Below are positions 24,520-27,843 of a stretch of 27,843 nt of DNA, piece by piece. Source of the stretch: Promethearchaeota archaeon (GTDB lineage: Archaea; Asgardarchaeota; Lokiarchaeia; Sigyniarchaeales; SOKP01); NCBI GenBank assembly GCA_048940445.1, contig JBHLON010000039.1, forward strand, positions 1 to 27,843, written 5' to 3'. The translations under genes and the position numbers were made by a program. The notes below the pieces were generated by a model that saw only the letters and a list, made by a program, of their open reading frames with translations, was not told where the DNA came from and did no database searches. Numbering within the stretch: position 1 is the stretch's first letter; each line of letters begins with the position of its first letter.

Positions 24520-25533
24520 ATGAAAAAAAGAACTAAACGCATCATTATTGGATGTGTTACTATCGTTATAATCATATTAATGATAGTATATGTCGATTTT
24601 CAAAAAATAATTATTAATTTACAAAAAATTTCGATTTTAGGAATATTCTTGTTTTCTATTACTTATACAGTTGCATTTGTATTTCGAGCTTTAAAATTAC
24701 AAACTACATTTAAAGCCATTAAATTAAAACCAAGATATTTAACTATATATGGGGCTATCGGTACAGGTTGGGCTATAAATGAATTGACTCCCGCAAAATT
24801 GGGAGATATTGCAAAAATGGAATACATACATCAAAGAGAATCTAATGTTCGTCTTAGTAAAAGCGTGGTTGCGGTTCTAATTGATCGCTTTATTGATTTA
24901 ATAATATTATTTTCAATAACATGCTTTACTCTAATATATATTTACGTAATAAATGTTTCATATCCATCTGATCTAAATCTATTTATTATTTTTGGTGCGT
25001 CAATATTATTTTTAGGCGCAATAGCACTTGTATTGCTTTTTTTTAAAACAGAGGGTGTTTTAAACTTTATAGGTAAAATTTCAATCAGACTTAGGAATTT
25101 TTTGGAGAAATTTATTTATCGATTTGTCGAGGGGTTAGATGACTTTAGAAAAGACAAAAAAAGGATAATACAGATATTAGTATACAATGTACCCACTTGG
25201 TTCTTTGAATCCCTTACCTTAGTCATCATTTTTTATCTAACAGGTTATGAAGTAGACTTTTTTATTATCATCTTAGCCCAAATTATTACATTCTTCACAA
25301 AGACTATCCCAATCACACCAGGAGGTTGGGGGGTTTCTGAGTTTGTCGGTGCTGCAATTATCTCTTTATTTGTTCCTTTTTATCCCAATACTGAGATATT
25401 ATCTCTTTTTATAGTGGACCATATGTTAAGAGTAATCTATGTCTTCATATATGGAGGAATTTCTACAATTGCCATTAACTTTAAATTCAAAGAAGTAAAC
25501 GTTGATCAAATCAGCAGAAGTTCTGCTACATAA
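24520..25533 (+). CDS. LPG-synthase-TM / flippase-like (UPF0104/AglD2-like) membrane protein
   Basis: About 8 TM; NELTPAKLGDIAK, DRFIDL, IPITPGGWGVSE. Confidence 0.85.
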   Translation: MKKRTKRIIIGCVTIVIIILMIVYVDFQKIIINLQKISILGIFLFSITYTVAFVFRALKLQTTFKAIKLKPRYLTIYGAIGTGWAINELTPAKLGDIAKMEYIHQRESNVRLSKSVVAVLIDRFIDLIILFSITCFTLIYIYVINVSYPSDLNLFIIFGASILFLGAIALVLLFFKTEGVLNFIGKISIRLRNFLEKFIYRFVEGLDDFRKDKKRIIQILVYNVPTWFFESLTLVIIFYLTGYEVDFFIIILAQIITFFTKTIPITPGGWGVSEFVGAAIISLFVPFYPNTEILSLFIVDHMLRVIYVFIYGGISTIAINFKFKEVNVDQISRSSAT

Positions 25534-25539
25534 AAAATA

Positions 25540-26253
25540 TTATAAATACTTTAATCTCAATTTGAATAAGTTAATAAGGATTAATATTGGATCTAAGATT
25601 TTTATTTTTGAACCTTCTTCATGTTTCCATTCAATTGGCAGTTCATAAATCATATATTTGTGTTTCCTTGCATTATATAGTATCTCTACATCAAATTCCC
25701 ATCTAAAAGATTTAAGGTTCTTGAATAAAATAACTGCTACTTCTCTTTTAAATCCTTTAAAGCCGCACAGTAAATCATTTATTTTTATTCGAAATAGGAA
25801 ATTTGAATATAAATTAAAAACCTTGCTTAATAATCTCCTACTTAAAGGTTGGGGGATTTTTATTTTAGAAGATTGTTTAATTCGTGAACCAATAATTATA
25901 TCAAAATTATTTTGTTGGAATTTGTTTAATATATTTAATATTTCAGTTGCTGGCGTTGAGCCATCAGCATCCATAAAAACGATAAATTTGCCTCTGGCTT
26001 TTAGGACCCCTCGTGATATAGCAAAACCTTTTCCCATATTTTTTTTATAATTGATAAGTTTTATAAACGGTTTATCTTTTTGAATTTTCTGAGCAATCTG
26101 TTCCGTTTTATCACTGGATCCATCATTAATAATAATTATTTCATAATGATTTAGATTTTCACTCAAGAAATTAATTAAAGTATTTAAGAAATGTGAGATT
26201 CTTTTTTCTTCATTATAAGCAGGTATTAAAATGCTTATTATTATTCCTTCCAT
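25540..26253 (-). CDS. GT2 polyprenyl/dolichyl-phosphate hexose synthase (ALG5/DPM/AglD-like)
   Basis: IPAYNEEKRI, INDGSSDKT, NMGKGFAI, FMDADGS, IIGSR, DLLCGFKGF, WEFDVEIL, PIEWKHEEGSK. Confidence 0.9.
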   Translation of the reverse strand: MEGIIISILIPAYNEEKRISHFLNTLINFLSENLNHYEIIIINDGSSDKTEQIAQKIQKDKPFIKLINYKKNMGKGFAISRGVLKARGKFIVFMDADGSTPATEILNILNKFQQNNFDIIIGSRIKQSSKIKIPQPLSRRLLSKVFNLYSNFLFRIKINDLLCGFKGFKREVAVILFKNLKSFRWEFDVEILYNARKHKYMIYELPIEWKHEEGSKIKILDPILILINLFKLRLKYL

Positions 26254-26403
26254 AATTTTAACAAATAGATCTCAATCAGTTTAAAATTTTTAATTAATTT
26301 TTGAATATAGTATTCTATTCTTAAGAAAATTTTAATTTAATTGATCTTTGTAGTTCTTATTATTTCAAATTTTAAAGTTTAATAGATCGATTTTCATAAC
26401 ATT

Positions 26404-27489
26404 ATGTTCTTTAAAGATCAAGAAGGTTTGTGGAAAGTCAAAAATTATCGTTTATTAGGGCTGTTATTTGTATCTGTCGGAGTAATAATAAGAATCATTA
26501 TGCTTATCTATTATTATATAGTTCATCTTGATCCAACTTTTCCATGGGGAGATATCATGATAAATTATCACACAACAGATACTATGTTTACAGGTGAATG
26601 GATCTGGGCTCCGACAAAATTAGAATATCCTCCATTAACTTTATATTTGCTCTTAATATTAAAAGTTCTTTCTTTTGGCGTATTTGAATTATTTGTCTTT
26701 TATGCCTTTCTTTTAGAGATGCTTACTTCTCTTTTATTTTATTACATTCTTAAGAAATTTAACATTTCAAATGCACTGTTTGTTCTAGGTGTTTTTTTAA
26801 TTAACCCATTTGTTTTTTTAAATAATGTATTCAGCCCTTTTAATTGTGGTTATCATATTACTGATAGTATATTTTATCTGTTTCTAATTTTAGCTTTATA
26901 TTCTTATCCAAAAGAAGATAAAAGATTATTTTATCTGTTTTCTGGATTAACTATGTGTGCTAAATGGTTTACTTTACCAGCTGCCCCTTATTTTTTCTTT
27001 AAATTTCTTATAAGTAAAGATTGGAAAGAACTAAAAAGAATTTTAATCTACTTAGGATTACCTATTTTGATTTTATTAATTTCTCCGTTGTTATACTTAC
27101 CAAACTATATCGATCTTTATATTGGTTGGATTTCGGGCTCGAAATCTGCCCTTCCTTACCAACCACCTGTATATATAAAATTAATATTATTTGGGGGAAT
27201 CTTCTTAATTTATTTAATATTAAGAATACGAAAGGCAGATTTAGTTGAGATAACTTTTTTCTCAGTTATCGTCATGTTTTCTCTCATGTTTTGGAGAAGG
27301 CCTTACGTAAGATATCTAACCCCACTCGTATTATATGGTAATTTAAAGACAAACGAAAACATTTTGACGATTGATCTTAATTTAAAGATTACTCGTATTC
27401 ACTTTAGGATAGGAAATTATCTTTTTACTTATCTCTTATCAATTTTGGGATGCCTTGTAGCAATTGCGATGATAATTTTTATTCTTTAA
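26404..27489 (+). CDS. GT-C fold polytopic glycosyltransferase (GT87/DUF2029/PIG-M-like)
   Basis: About 10 TM; WGD in the first loop, EYPPL, INP, TDSI, AKWF, RYL. Confidence 0.65.
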   Translation: MFFKDQEGLWKVKNYRLLGLLFVSVGVIIRIIMLIYYYIVHLDPTFPWGDIMINYHTTDTMFTGEWIWAPTKLEYPPLTLYLLLILKVLSFGVFELFVFYAFLLEMLTSLLFYYILKKFNISNALFVLGVFLINPFVFLNNVFSPFNCGYHITDSIFYLFLILALYSYPKEDKRLFYLFSGLTMCAKWFTLPAAPYFFFKFLISKDWKELKRILIYLGLPILILLISPLLYLPNYIDLYIGWISGSKSALPYQPPVYIKLILFGGIFLIYLILRIRKADLVEITFFSVIVMFSLMFWRRPYVRYLTPLVLYGNLKTNENILTIDLNLKITRIHFRIGNYLFTYLLSILGCLVAIAMIIFIL

Positions 27490-27619
27490 AAAATTCAATT
27501 ATCCATTTAACCAAAACTACTTATAAAAAAATAATTGTTTTTAACCTTTTATTTGTAAATTGGGATGATTTAATTATAAAAAGAAGAACTATCTAACATA
27601 AGAGTAGGCTTATATTGAT

Positions 27620-27843
27620 TTAACCAGCTAACTGAATACTAGTAGGAAGTACTATTGCTTTAGGTTCTTTTCCATAAGATAATTCTAACTTTTTTATCAA
27701 GTCGTCCCATTTGTTAAATAACTCAACTGATTCAGGAAAGAAATGATTTTTGTCATATTCATTTACATTGGGAGAAAATAAATATACATTTCTTTTTTTG
27801 ACAAAGGCTCTCCAAACGACACTTTCAATTAAATTCTTATATA
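27620..27843 (-). CDS. C-terminal fragment of a CDS running off the window end; possibly a LarA (lactate racemase)-superfamily protein
   Basis: Manual translation: YKNLIESVVWRAFVKKRNVYLFSPNVNEYDKNHFFPESVELFNKWDDLIKKLELSYGKEPKAIVLPTSIQLAG*. The VYLFS...G-x-x-PKAIVLP ending resembles LarA C-termini. The ORF is clear; the family call is weak. Confidence 0.4.
   Translation of the reverse strand, partial: YKNLIESVVWRAFVKKRNVYLFSPNVNEYDKNHFFPESVELFNKWDDLIKKLELSYGKEPKAIVLPTSIQLAG

Noticed and set aside
25658-26050. 130-aa plus-strand ORF
   Set aside because: Antisense shadow of the GT2 gene.
1999-27248. Remaining short (60-92 aa) overlapping ORFs in the track
   Set aside because: All lie within well-supported CDSs on another frame or strand, with no motif or RBS support.
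1-27843. tRNA, rRNA, CRISPR arrays, transposases/integrases, defence systems
   Set aside because: None recognised. Intergenic gaps are short and AT-rich, and no ORF carries such motifs. A covariance-model scan was not possible.

Overview
AT-rich (roughly 30% GC by eye), gene-dense archaeal window. It is most consistent with an Asgard archaeon (Lokiarchaeia-like), inferred from archaeal-type PheS, TyrRS and CoaD, DUF1512, a stand-alone long LRR protein, two SCP2-like proteins, a Vps29-like phosphoesterase, AOR and a double-zinc-ribbon membrane protein. It holds 23 supportable CDSs, two of them truncated at the window edges and missing from the ORF track (pheS N-terminus; a LarA-like C-terminus). 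Housekeeping and metabolic content: pheS, coaD, tyrS, ppdK, a NagD-type HAD, Fe-ADH, AOR, a histidine-degradation cluster (hutU-hutH-hutI plus a convergent glutamate formiminotransferase) and a lipid-linked glycosylation trio (flippase-like, GT2, GT-C). The most unusual element is a two-gene operon at 3916-6421. It encodes a CBS-pair/4-TM protein and a two-pass membrane protein with a cytoplasmic RGG plus Tyr/Trp-rich low-complexity N-terminus, a nested duplicated extracellular beta-domain resembling the luminal region of eukaryotic APD1-4-type membrane E3 ligases, and C-terminal zinc ribbons. coaD has no in-frame ATG/GTG/TTG upstream of its catalytic motif and probably starts at ATT. I saw no tRNA, rRNA, CRISPR array or mobile element. 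All family assignments come from motif recognition, not database searches.
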